DNA from: Eledone cirrhosa
Taxonomy: Eukaryota
Assembly: GCA_964016885.1 (NCBI GenBank)
Contig: OZ024743.1
Span: 327,546,001 to 327,610,000, forward strand
Length of the DNA: 64,000 bases
Direction: 5' to 3'
The notes under the pieces were generated by a model. The model had not been told where the DNA came from. It did no database searches and saw nothing but the letters and a program-made list of their open reading frames with translations. Shown in pieces: positions 15,200-27,321 of this stretch. How positions within the stretch are numbered: the stretch's first letter is position 1; every line of letters starts with the position of its first letter. Position numbers and translations under genes: made by a program.

Positions 15200-16120
15200 C
15201 TAGCAGTGGTACTCGGCGTTGCACAGGATAAGGTATTTTGGAACGCGGGCCGCCAACAGACCTAATCGTGGAAAAACTGCATGCCTGGACAATATGTAAA
15301 GAAAATAAACCGAATACTCTGATGGCTGGATAATCTTTAAGATTTTCCTCGATGAAGCAGGAAAAATGCAGGTTTTCACCTAATACGGGCCCTAGAGGAT
15401 CAAGAAAATAATTTTTTTTTATGTGCATAATATGCCTTGAAATTTAGGGAAAAGCGGCTAGACGTAACGCCTCCAAAAAACCCTAAAAACTGAAAAAATG
15501 AAGTTTTTCGACTAATGCGGGCCCTAGGCCATAAAAAGTTTTCTTTGCTCACGGTATGAAGAAGAGACTGACTAATACATAGTTACAATTTCAAGGAAAT
15601 CGGTCTGACGTAACGCCTCAAATAACCCCTAAAAACCTGGAAAAAACGCAGTTTTTCATCTAATGCGGGCCCTAGGAGATAAAAAAAATTGAATTTTTTT
15701 ATGTGCCTAACACTCCCTGAAACATAAGTAATACACATGTAAAGTTTGAAAAGAAACGGTTGGGTACTTCTCGAGTTTTAGGGATTCAAACTCACACACA
15801 CACACACACATCCTCAGGGAAGTGACGTAATGCAGACAGCCAGACATACAGACAGATATTATAAGGGCGCGATGTTATATGTATGTATCTATCTAAAAAG
15901 AGAAAGACTAAGAATTATAGAGAGAGATCGTTAAATCGCCTAATGCGGTCCCTAGGGCATTGAAAATTTGAATTTTTTTTTTGCTCAGAACATTCCCTGA
16001 AACATAAGTATTACATGTGTAAAGTTTGAAAACAGTCGGTTGGCTGCTTCTCTAGTTTTAGGGATTCAAACTCACACACACACACACAGAGACAGACATC
16101 CTCAGTTTTATATATATAGA
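15200..16120 (-). mobile_element. Non-autonomous Helitron
   Basis: Minus strand begins A|TCTATATATATAAAA and ends in a degenerate hairpin plus CTAG|T; internal (CA)n/CAGA microsatellites and repeated TAATGCGGGCCCTAG modules; related to 43327-44108. Confidence 0.8.
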
Positions 16121-17613
16121 TAATCATTAAAAAAAAAAGAGAGAGATGAAAGTGGGAGAAAACCTGCACACTCAATCAGACGTTACAACAATAGGCTCTT
16201 ATTATTTTACTCTTAAATCTTTATCTATAAACAGATAAAATTTAGTGTTACTATAAAGTAGGTAGCGATCTTATCTATATTGCTCTCCTTTCTCTTTCTA
16301 ACTCCCCCACACCTTATTTACTTGTTGTTTAATCCTGATTGTGCAGAACGGTGAAGGCGTTCCAGACATGACCATACAGTCTTTTTGCATATCAGGGTCT
16401 ACTTTGTCCAATGTCTCCTCACCTCTTTTTTAAAGACAGTAGAGTGTGATTTGAGAAATTTGGGTTCTATCTCTAGCAGAGCTACTAGAAAGAAATACTG
16501 ACTTAGGTTTGGCAGGACTTTTTAAGGTAATGTTTTACAGCGGGATGCCTTTCCTGAAACCAAACCTTTTAGTTGCTTCTTACAACATGAAGGGATATGG
16601 TGTACTTATTCTAAACTGGATGTACACCATGTGGGTATATATTATATTTGGCCAGCTAAAATACCCAGGGACACCTACTGCAAGGTTTCTTTTTAATGTG
16701 GTGCAGTGCAATGTCTCTATGCTTCCGGTGTAGAAGAAATAAGTGAACCATTCATGTCAGCCATTGACCAAAGCTACAATATAGTGATGGCTTGCCAGCT
16801 GTTTACTTTTACACTCCACATCACTTACTGGCCATACAAAATATAGTAGAAAGGGTTACTCAGGATGTGGTCAGAATTGCAAATTTGGAAGTGCTGCTAA
16901 TTAAAGTATACCTATCATTTTACAACAAACATTTTAAGGCCATTTTCCTTGCTGAAGTAGGGTTTAGCCTTGCAAACCCCATATATTTCATACATATGGT
17001 TCTTTGAGGCAGTGTTTTATAGCCAGATGTCCTTCTTTGGCCAACCCTTTTAGTCACCTCTCACAACAAGGATATGGTGTACCTACTTTAAACAGGATAC
17101 ATACAGCAGACTTTTATTGTACCTATTTTATTGATCCCTAAAACATGAAAGGCAGTAAAGTTTAACCTTGACAGGACTTAAATTGAGAACACTGAAGACT
17201 GCATCTAGATATTATATGACAGGCAGTCAGACATTCTGACATTCTTGTAATACTTCAGTACTGTAGGTTGCTCTACCATTGTCATTCTAATATGCACCAT
17301 CTGTACAAGACCCATAACATAGTCAATGTATCTCAACATTGTGTGTAATCTATAATGATTGCTTTTCCTTACCATTCTTGCAACACGTGACAATCACTTG
17401 AAAAAGCATTCTTACTTCATGAATAAACAAAATGTTATGATATTTTAATCTAATAGTGATTATGATGTGAACTGTTATCAACATACTTAATTAAATCAGA
17501 ATAAATAAGATAATTTTTCTTTAGTTTGTTTTAATACTTGCCAAAAAGATTTGAAAAGTCTTTTATTATTTACTGAACCTGAATATTATGTGAATATATA
17601 TATATATGTATAT

Positions 17614-17926
17614 ATCATCATCATCATTTCATTTTACGTCCACTTTTCCCTGCTTGCAAGGGTGGGACGGGAACTGATTCTGGCTTGATTTCTACAGCTG
17701 GATGCCCTTCCTAACACCAACCTCATTTACAGTGAGTGGTGGGTGCTTTTTTGCAGTGGAATAATAGGGACCCCAGTCCCTATCATCTCATTTCTACAGC
17801 TGAGTAAACTGGAGCAATGTGGAATAAAGTGTCTTGCTCAAGGAAACAACACATCACCCAGTCTGAGAATTGAACTCACAACCTTTCAATTGCAAGGCCA
17901 ATGCTCTAACCACTAAGCCATGTGCA
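17614..17926 (-). mobile_element. SINE S1 (left member of head-to-head inverted pair)
   Basis: Matches 8905-9251 apart from an internal deletion. Confidence 0.9.
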
Positions 17927-18009
17927 TAAATAAATATATATATATATATATTTTCCGATGTATATATATATATATATATATTTTCCAATATATATATATA
18001 TATATATAT

Positions 18010-18330
18010 GGAGGCACATGGCTTAGTGGTTAGAGCATTGGCCTTGCAATCGAAAGGTTGTGAGTTCAATTCTCAAACAGGGTGATGTGTTGTTTCCTTC
18101 AGCAAGACACTTTATTTCACATTGCTCCAGTTTACTCAGCTGTAGAAATGAGATGATAGGGACTGGGTTCCCTATCATTCCACGGCAAAAAAGCACCCAC
18201 CACTCACTGTAAATGAGGTTGGTGTTAGGAAGGGCATCCAGCTGTAGAAATCAAGCCAGAATCAGTTCCCGTCCCACCCTTGCAAGCAGGGAAAAGCGGA
18301 CGTCAAATGAAATGATGATGATGATGATGA
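18010..18330 (+). mobile_element. SINE S1 (right member of inverted pair)
   Basis: A/B boxes, CORE-like centre, (GAT)n tail. Confidence 0.9.
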
Positions 18331-19429
18331 TAGGGATGTATATCATCATCATTGTCATCGACATCATTTAATGTAAGTTTTTTTCCCTGCTAGCAAAGGT
18401 TGGGCAGGTCATCACAACCAAGTCAGTACTCAAGTGGAGCTACCAACCCCTCAGATAGGCCAAGAGTCCCACAATCTGCCAAGTTCTCAGACAAGCCTTT
18501 TCTAGGAGTGCAATTAATGAATTACAATAAACTACCAGTCTTGTAATTTATGTTTTTGTACCTGGAAGAATTCTCCTTAAATTTATTACAGCCACTTCCC
18601 AGTTTACAACCAGGCTCCGTTCCACTGATCATAAACAAACTCCTCAGTTAATGCCCAGCTTCTGTTCCAATGACCTGGGTATAGAATATCTTTAGATATT
18701 ATTTTAATGTTGTGACAGTTGATAGACTTCATGAGAGTCTAACAAATTACTAAGTATCAGTTTTATATTAAATGAATTATCTGAATAAAGATATTCATAA
18801 AAGTCTAATTGAAAAAGTAGCTTAGTAACTGGTATGTTTATTTATTTTTTTTTTACAAAACCCTTACAAACATGAGAAAAAAAAATTATTTTGAAATATA
18901 TAAAAAAGATTTGCTGGATAAAGAACAGTTGAAAATATGTAACAAAAAATTACATGAACGAATTTAAAAAAGCACACTACCTATAAATATGTATACACAA
19001 GTGGCTGTATATACAGGTTGAGCTATTTAAGTGTGAATGATTATAAAAATCCATATCCTTTTTATTTCTTGACTAAACCTAACACAATTTTTACACAATA
19101 AATTTTTATATAATTTTTTTTTATTAATTGTTATTGCACTTTTAGTCCTTTTATTCCAACAAGCACATTTTGCTTTTTCAGTGAGAAAATCCATGATAGA
19201 TATTTGGAGAAAAAAATCTACAAAAAAAAAAAATACCCCCTTCCCTAAAACAACTTTAGATGTATACCTTTCGTTTAGATGTATAATTTCGTTTGATGTG
19301 ATAAATAAATGTGATATGAACTTTTAATAATGGTTCACACTTAAATTACCCACCCTGTATTTCATTTAAAAGGAATAGTATTGTACCAGTGTCAATTTTA
19401 GTTAACTAATATTGCTATTTCAGATCAAG

Positions 19430-19889
19430 ATGTCACTGTCACGAAACCTTGTTACTGTGATAAATTTGGGTCGTATGGGTTTCTTAGCAGCTGCTGATCT
19501 TCAGAAAAGATATGCCCGAGAACATTTGGATTTCCTAGCTGGTAAACCTGGTGCAATTTCTCGTAATGTCATTCTCCTAGTTGAACATGATCCAGTGTAC
19601 ACAACAGGCTTTAGAACTAAAACATATACAGAAGAAGATGCTCAGAGATTGAAATCACTTGGTGCTGATTTCTATCGCACTAATCGAGGTGGCATGATTA
19701 CATTCCATGGTCCAGGTCAACTGGTTGCTTATCCAATTCTTAATCTGTTGCAATTCCGTCCAAGTGTTAAATGGTATGTAAGTAGCTTAGAGGCAACTTT
19801 GATCACGACGTGTGCCAAATGGGGCATAGCTGCCAAGACAACTGAAGATACTGGTGTTTGGGTAGAAGATCGGAAAATAGGAGCAATTG
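19430..19889 (+). CDS. LIPT2: Lipoyltransferase 2 / octanoyltransferase (LipB family), coding exon 1
   Basis: Motifs EHDPVYTTG, RGGMITFHGPGQLVAYP, TGVWV, RKIGAIG; acceptor TTTCAG ends at 19423 (implies an upstream non-coding exon); donor G|GTAAGA, phase 1. Confidence 0.93.
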
Positions 19890-20344
19890 GTAAGAGCTTT
19901 TAGTTTTTGTGTCTGTGTGTGTGTTTTAACCTTTTTGATACTGACTCACCTGATACAAAACTGTTTGTTTTAAAATGTTTATATTTATCTAAAGACCTAT
20001 TATAAATTTAAGCTATGTTCCAAAAACCAGCCTTTTTTTACTGTTTTAGTTAGGGGAAAAAGGGCCTCCAAAACTTGTGAGAAAGGTATCCTCAGACTGG
20101 AGAACTAATCCAAATGCTTGCTACAGGGTGTACTCTATTAAAGGCATCCAAGGACCAAGTAGTAGTGTTAAACTGGGTGATGGATGAAGACTAGCTTAAT
20201 AATGAGAAAGTTAATTATATTACTAAATCCTCTGTCAAATTCTTGATAAATTTCAATATGATTTGAAAATCCTACGCAGCCTTACATTAGAAATATGGTA
20301 ATGAGGAGGTTAACCTTTCTAAATGATTTAAACTAGCATTATTT

Positions 20345-20857
20345 TTGGCAGTATCGGTAGAGGGTCGGACACCATGCTTTCCAGCATAGTTACGTCCCTT
20401 TGCGGTCTGAGTTCAAATTCCGCCGAGGTTAACTTTGCCTTTCATCCTTATGGGGCCAATAAAATAAAGTACCAGTAATGTACTGGGTAATTGATGGCCT
20501 TGTGCCAAAAGTAGAAACAATTATTTTTGGCAGTATCGGTAGAGGGTCGGACGCCATACTTTGACGCATATAGTTACGGCCCTTGCCATTCTGAGTTCAA
20601 ATCCCGCCGAGGTTAACTTTGCCTTTCATCCTTATCGGGTCGATAAAATAAAGTACACTGAGTAATTGCTGGCCTTGTGCCAAAAGTAGAAACAATTATT
20701 TTAAAATCAATTTAGCAAAGAGTTACGTCCCTTTATGGTCTGAGTTCAAATCTCGCCGAGATTAACTTTGCCTTTCATCCTTACGAGGTCGATAAAATAA
20801 AGTACCAGTAATGTACTGGGTAATTGCTGGCCTTGTGCCAAAAGTAGAAACAACTAT
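20345..20857 (+). mobile_element. Three tandem copies of SINE family S2 in the LIPT2 intron
   Basis: Repeated GAGTTCAAATCCCGCCGAGGTTAACTTTGCCTTTCATCC...GTCGATAAAATAAAGTACC...GGCCTTGTGCC...TAGAAACAATTATT; more degenerate copies continue to ~22570. Confidence 0.88.
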
Positions 20858-22235
20858 TTTAAAATCAATTTTTACTTGATAGCAAGGCTTGCCGTATGAT
20901 ACACTATCAATTTTCAATCCTGTCATGTTGTGCCTGAGACCCAACATTTCCAAGCCCACTACTTTTGTCATCTTTCATATTCCTCTGTCATAGACATTCC
21001 CATAACCAGTAATGAATGACAGTTTCTTTATTATGAATATTGTTGAATGTCAGAATCGGTAGAATGTCAGATAGAATACCTTGCGATATTTAGTTGTGTC
21101 CTTTTGTCCTTTTATATTCTGAGTTTAAATACCAGGGTCAATAAGCTAATTAGTAAATGTAGTTGATTTAACTCTTGATACCAAACCACTTGGAACTGTC
21201 CCTGATTCAATACAAAACTGTTTATCTTAAAGTGTTTATATTCATTTAAAAACCTTTCATCATAATTTTATGTAAGAACATTTTAAAGTAATATTCCAAA
21301 CACCAACTTAATGGAAACATTAATGATATTACTAAATTCCTCCTCGTTAGAAATATGGTAACAAAAGGATTAGTTTGAGTACATCTGCTAAAATTAGAAA
21401 TTATTATTATTGTGGATTGGGTGGAGGGTGGGCAAAGTTATTAGAACACAATTCAAATGTTTAGCAGTATTTGTTCTGGCTTTTTATGTATTGAAATCAA
21501 ATCCTGCTGGAGTCAGCTTTGCCTTTTATCCTTTCAAGGTTGATAAAATAAAGTACCAGTAAAGTTACTGGGGTCATTATAATCGACTTTCTTCATCCTA
21601 CAAATTGCTGACTTTGTGCCTAAATTAAAAATCATTATTATTGTGGATTGCCACAATCATTAGAACATTGTAGAAAATACCTTAGTAATTATTCTGGGTT
21701 TTTATATTCTTTTATTAACCACAATCCCATTGAGGGTAATTTTGGCTTTCATCCTTCCTTAGGTTGATAAAATAAAGTACCAGTCAAATACTGAAATCTG
21801 TACAATGAACTGTCCCCCTCTCCCAAAATATGCAACTTAATGTTAGAAATTATTATTTGAACAAACTGCTTTGCAATATTTGTTCCAGTTCTTTGAATTC
21901 TGAATTCAAATCCTGCCAGGGCTAGCTTTGCCTTTCATCTTTCTGGGGTCAATGAAGTAAAGTATCTGCCAAATACTGGGGTTGATATAATGAAGTGTTC
22001 TCTTCCTTACAAAATATCTAGCTTTGTATTATTAAGGGGGGAAAATGCCTATCTTGTCTCTGTTTATTCACGAACCAGTTTTACAGTGTGCTGGTTGTAT
22101 TGGAAGAATTGATGGAGCATTGGACAAAACACTTTGCAATATTTAGTTACAGCCATTTACATTCAGAGTTCAAATCCCATCCTTCCAGGGTTAATAAAAT
22201 AAAGTACTAGTTAGGTACAGTTGGTTGCCCCCCCC

Positions 22236-22268
<33 letters not shown>

Positions 22269-22885
22269 AAAATACTGGCCTTGTGCCAAAATTAGAAATC
22301 ATTATTATTATTGTTATTTTAAAAACAGCAAATGACAGGAACTTTGGGGTTGATAATAAGTACCAGTCAGGTACTGGATCCATCTAGTTGACTATACTTT
22401 CCCACAAAATATGTGGCTTTGTCCTAACAAGATTTGTCATTCCACCCTGTTCAGCTTTCTTTCATCCTTCTGGAGTTGCTAAAATATGTACCAGTCATAT
22501 ACGTAGAAGTTGATTTAATCAAAGCTATCCCCATTCTCGAAATGGGGCCTTGTGCCTATGTTAGCAGCCATTAAGAAAAATCAAATGTTGTGTGCAGGAG
22601 AGAAAATTGCACTGGTACAGACATGTAATGTGTATGGATGATGATAATTGGATAAAGGAGTGCCAAGAATTCTATGTGGAAAGAAGCCATGGAAGAGGGA
22701 GGCCAAGAAAGAGGTGGTGAAAGTAGATCTCGAGAAACTATACCTTACAGTAGAAATAAAAGAAAGAAGTGAAAAGATGCTGGACTGGAGAGGACTGTAA
22801 TCGTCGCAAGCATGGAAAACAGGGGTAAAAATGATGATGAGGTTTTCATTGTCTTTTAAAAAAATGTAAAAACCAATGAAAATAT

Positions 22886-23325
22886 ACTAGACTTGAAAAA
22901 TGCGCAAGCTCAAAAGAGCCACAGAATGTTATAATAAACCTTCAAAAGCGTGGGACTAGAGTTGTTGCTCAAAAATATTGTAATCATTATCTATCGTACA
23001 CTCTGTGGCATTCTTTTATAAAAAAGAGACTCATAACGAACTCAAGACGACACAATAATTCTTTAAGCTAATGTTCTCATATTAGATGTTTAGTAATAAT
23101 TAATACGAAATGCACTTAAACCGAATTCTATATTATAAATTCACTTAAACAATTATCGTGTCGTCTTGAGTTCGTTATGAGTCTCTTTTTTATAAAAGGA
23201 TGCCACAGAGTGTACGATAGATAATGATTACAATATTTTTGAGCAACAACTCTAGTCCCACACTTTTGAAGGTTTATTATAACATTCTGTGGCTCTTTTG
23301 AGCTTGTGCATTTTTCAGGTCTAGT
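22886..23325. repeat. Long inverted repeat (arms ~22886-23067 and ~23144-23325)
   Basis: Arms are reverse complements with about 6 mismatches by manual count. Confidence 0.95.
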
Positions 23326-23795
23326 TTAATATTTTTTTAAGGCAACGCTTGTAATAACTCTAGTTAAACATGATATATATTAATAATAAATTATCGTAAT
23401 GTAATTAGATTATATAATTGTTATTTTATAAATGATCTTATAAATATTATTGTAAGATGTATAAAAACATTTTCAGACTTTTAATAGTTAATATAAATTT
23501 AAAAAATCATATAAATTAACAATATAACTTACCAAAACGAGAAAAATATTTTGATGATAAAACGACAAAATACTAGAGGAAGATTCGAAAGCGAAACAAT
23601 AAATAAACGTGGAAACAAAGTGGCGGATGCTTTTGAGCAACAATTACTCTCGTTGGTTGATTAGCCAATAAGACGATACATTACAAAAGATGTTTGGGAG
23701 GCATCACCACGGCCAGCGATACCCCTTGAAATTTTTATTCACAAGTTACACATGTATGTCAGACACGCAGACTTAAAACATTCTGTTGTTAGTCA

Positions 23796-24110
23796 CTGGC
23801 TTAGTGGTTTGGGTTGTTGGCTCATGATCGTAAGAGGAGTTCAATTCCAGGCAGTGTGTTGTTTACTTGAGCAAAGCATTTTATTTCATGTTGCTCCAGT
23901 TCAGTCATCTGGCAAATATGAGTTGTAGCTATAATATAATGGGCCAGCCTTTCACACACTATGTCTTGCTGAATCACCCTGACAAATATGTTGAGGGTAC
24001 ATCTGTCTATGGAATGTTCAGCCACTTGCACCTTAATTTCATGAGCTGGCTGCTCTATTGATCTAACAACCGGAACATTTCTTTGAACCAATGGAAGTCT
24101 AATCATGATG
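23796..24110 (+). mobile_element. tRNA-derived SINE family S3 (degenerate)
   Basis: TGGCTTAGTGG...GAGTTCAATTCC head, CORE-like centre; homologous to 52441-52784. Confidence 0.8.
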
Positions 24111-24350
24111 ACAGCAAAAAATATATGGTTCAATCAATTCAAATTTTCAGTTAAATCCTGTCCTAAAATGAATTCAATCCTTGCAATTTGAGCCTATAAT
24201 TGATATGAAATAGTGAGCAGGAAGGAAAGAAATATTTTTAAAACTATGGCAATCATGTTCTTTTCTATAAATAAAATCTCCCCACCTCAAAAGATTGATT
24301 TTTTTACATTGTTTTTTGCTTGGCTTCCTGTTGTTTCTAATGTCAACCTC

Positions 24351-24569
24351 TTAACTCTTTAGCATTTAAACCGGCCAGAATTATCTCATCTCTTTCTTTT
24401 CAAATTGGCCATAACTGGCTGCTCAAACCTATGTTAAGGTATTGTTCTCAGAATAAATAATATAAGAATCTTGTAGATTTGATCTTATGTAAGATATTTA
24501 TGTGAGATAAAGCCTTTACCATGAAAATACAATAGTAAATATAGAGTAATGTAAATGCTAAAGGGTTAA
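24351..24569. mobile_element. TTAA-flanked MITE (piggyBac-like termini)
   Basis: TTAACTCTTTAGCATTTA ... TAAATGCTAAAGGGTTAA terminal inverted repeats. Confidence 0.75.
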
Positions 24570-24907
24570 CGTGTACTGGGAGCTTTTTTCCTGGCACATG
24601 CCCTACCACCTTCGATGGTGGGCTGATTGCTTTTTGTTGTGACACCAATATGGTCACCTTAGTGTGTTTATAAAACAAGCATATATATATAATAATAATA
24701 ATAAAAAGGACGATTTGTTGTCTTCATTATATATATATATATTTTCATTTTTTACATTTCATTTTACATCCGCTTTTTCCCTGCTTGCATATATATATAA
24801 CCCATGCTAGCGTGGAAGATAGACGTTAAATGATGATGATGATATGTATATATATTTGTGTGTGTGTTTTTTTTTAAACTAAAATTTCTCTTTTAAATTC
24901 ATTTTAG

Positions 24908-25320
24908 GAATTCATACTCGTCGTTACGTGACAACACATGGAATCTCTTTGAATTGCAATCCAGAGTTGTCTTGGTTTAATTTCATCATTCCTTGTGAGC
25001 TTGAAGGCAAAAAAGTTACCTCCATATCAAAAGAACTAAATAAAGATGTCTCCATTAGAGATGTGACAAAATCCTTTTTGGAAAGTTTTTCACAAATATT
25101 TAACTGTAGTATTGAAACCTCAATGCTTGAAAAGCATGAACACATATTCATTCCTCACCAAACCACATTTACCTGCCAAACTGCATCAGCAGTCACATCA
25201 ACCTCTTCAACAACTACTACAGAATTTGCCACCAAAACTATAGTGCCTCCTGAGACATTGTATCGTTTGCCATCTAAAGAGAAAGAAACTCCTGTTGACA
25301 GACAAATACCAATGTGGTAA
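24908..25320 (+). CDS. LIPT2: LIPT2 coding exon 2
   Basis: Acceptor TTTTAG|GA restores ...AIG-IHTRRYVTTHGISLNC...IIPC; TAA stop at 25318-25320; total 290 aa. Confidence 0.92.
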
Positions 25321-25489
25321 GCAACAAATGTTATTGGACAGAGAATTGTATATATTCTTTTAAATTTGTATTGCACCACTCACTTCTCAGGTTATTTATA
25401 GTGTTTTGCAAAGTTATATTATTTTTTTTTTTATATTATTTTTCCTATGACAAAAAACTATGTGATGTAAAATGTACACCAACATTGAA

Positions 25490-25506
25490 AAATAAAAATA
25501 AATAAA
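25490..25506 (+). terminator. Candidate polyadenylation signals for LIPT2
   Basis: Overlapping AATAAA hexamers ~170 nt after the stop, followed by T-rich sequence. Confidence 0.55.
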
Positions 25507-26249
25507 AAACTCGAAGAAATATAAACCTTAAATAATATATTTATTATTTTGCATTTTAATGTTTTTTATAGCAACCTTCCTAAAATTGTCCTTGGTTTAT
25601 TCAGACCATTTATTTTATATTTGTTCATGTTTAAATTTAATTCTCCATCATAATTTATGTAAGAATTTTTTTTTTAGTTTATGCTTCAAATACCAACTTA
25701 ATCATGAAAAGGTTATATTACAAAATACCTCCAAATTCTTGATGATTTAAAAAATTATTTGAAATTCATTAGCAGTATATTTTATTAGAAATATGGAAAA
25801 CTGAAATGAAGTCAGACATGATATTGTCCTTTCACAAAAACACAATATTATAATACTGCACATATCAAGGCAACACACCCATTGTATGAATGAACACTAC
25901 AATGCTGTAACCTATACTATAAAATTAACTGATGACCTCACTCATACTACGCATATATTCTTTTATTGGTTTCGATCACACGACAGCAGCCATGCTGAGG
26001 CATGTCTTGAGGATTTAATTGATTGTATTGACTCCAGTACTTTTTTTTTTCAAAACCACTAAGTTACAGGACATAAACTTACACATACACAATGGGTTTC
26101 TGCAGTTTCCATCTATCAAATTTCACTCACAAAGCATTGTCAACATAAGGCTCTAGTAGAAGACACTTGTCCAAGTTGTCACATAATACAACTGAATCCA
26201 AGACCATTTGATTGTGAAGCAAACAGCTATGCCTGCACCTACATCATCA

Positions 26250-27125
26250 TCAGGTCTGGATACAATGCAGTAATGGATTACAGACTAGCAACCCAAGTTG
26301 GCTGTGGACAAGTGTACCACCATGCATTTGGGGAGGAAAAACTGCTCACATACTCCCTCCACAATACCAATCTCAAGACATCTTGTGAACGTGACCTGAG
26401 CATTATTGTCAACAGCAATTTGCATTGGATAACAATTGTCAAGAAGGCTGTGGGTATCTTAGCATCACTCAGTAAGACCTTTGTCAGCTACTCTCCAGCT
26501 ATCTATTTAAAGTTGTATATAGCTATGGTGTGTGTGTCTACACTTAGAATTTGCCTCACCAGTCTGGAACCCCTATCTTGCTCAGAATATTGATCTCCTG
26601 GAAACTGTTCAGAGACAAACAACCAAACAAATACCTGCTATCATACTCTGAATGCGTTGCTTCCCTGGGCATGGATACATTAAAGCTCCGACGTCTGGCA
26701 ACTAACTTGGTAGACACTCACAAGATTATTAACCATCTTTCCAACAACAACTCTGAGCACTTTTTTGAATTTCATATGTCTAACACCTGTGGACATGCTT
26801 ACAAAATCAAAAAACAGCACAGCTTCCATGATTTTGGAAACATATTTTCACACTCAAAGTTGCTAAAGTATGGAACAAACTAGTGCCATCAGTTGTTAGT
26901 TGTCAGGACACTGCATCCTTCAAAACTTCCATGCTTCCTGAAATTTGCCAACACTACACCTGATATTCCCCTCCATACACATGCACCCATGTATGTGTGT
27001 GTCTGTGTGTATATCATGACTCAGACTGTTCACTTTCCTGACATTTGTACATTATTCTATGTACTATACATGGACCTTTGATGAGTTTTAGTTCTCCTGA
27101 GCACTGTACACAATTTTCATTATTA
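26250..27125 (+). mobile_element. CR1-type LINE 3' fragment (degenerate)
   Basis: ERDLSIIV, LKLY, LEFASPVWNP across frameshifts, then a 3' UTR whose tail recurs antisense at ~45240-45335, ~53825-54050 and ~55995-56250. Confidence 0.75.
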
Positions 27126-27316
27126 GGCGGTGGATTGGCAGTATCGGTAGAGGGTCAGACGCCATGCTTTCCAGCATAGTTACGTCCCTTTACGATCTGA
27201 GTTCAATTCCCGCCGAGGTTAACTTTGCCTTTCATCCTTACGGGGTCGATAAAATAAAGTACCAGTAATGCACTGGGTAATTGCTGGCCTTGTGCCTAAA
27301 GTAGAAACAATTATTA
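27126..27316 (+). mobile_element. Full-length SINE S2
   Basis: GGCGGTGGATTGGCAGTATCGGTAGAG head, B box GAGTTCAATTCC, conserved central CTTTCATCCTTACGGGGTCGATAAAAT block, (ATT)n tail. Confidence 0.88.
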
Positions 27317-27321
27317 TTTTT

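Noticed and set aside
18010-18085. tRNA gene (also similar heads at 9180-9251, 27126, 32051, 52441)
   Set aside because: A/B boxes are present but there is no proper cloverleaf, and each continues into a SINE body
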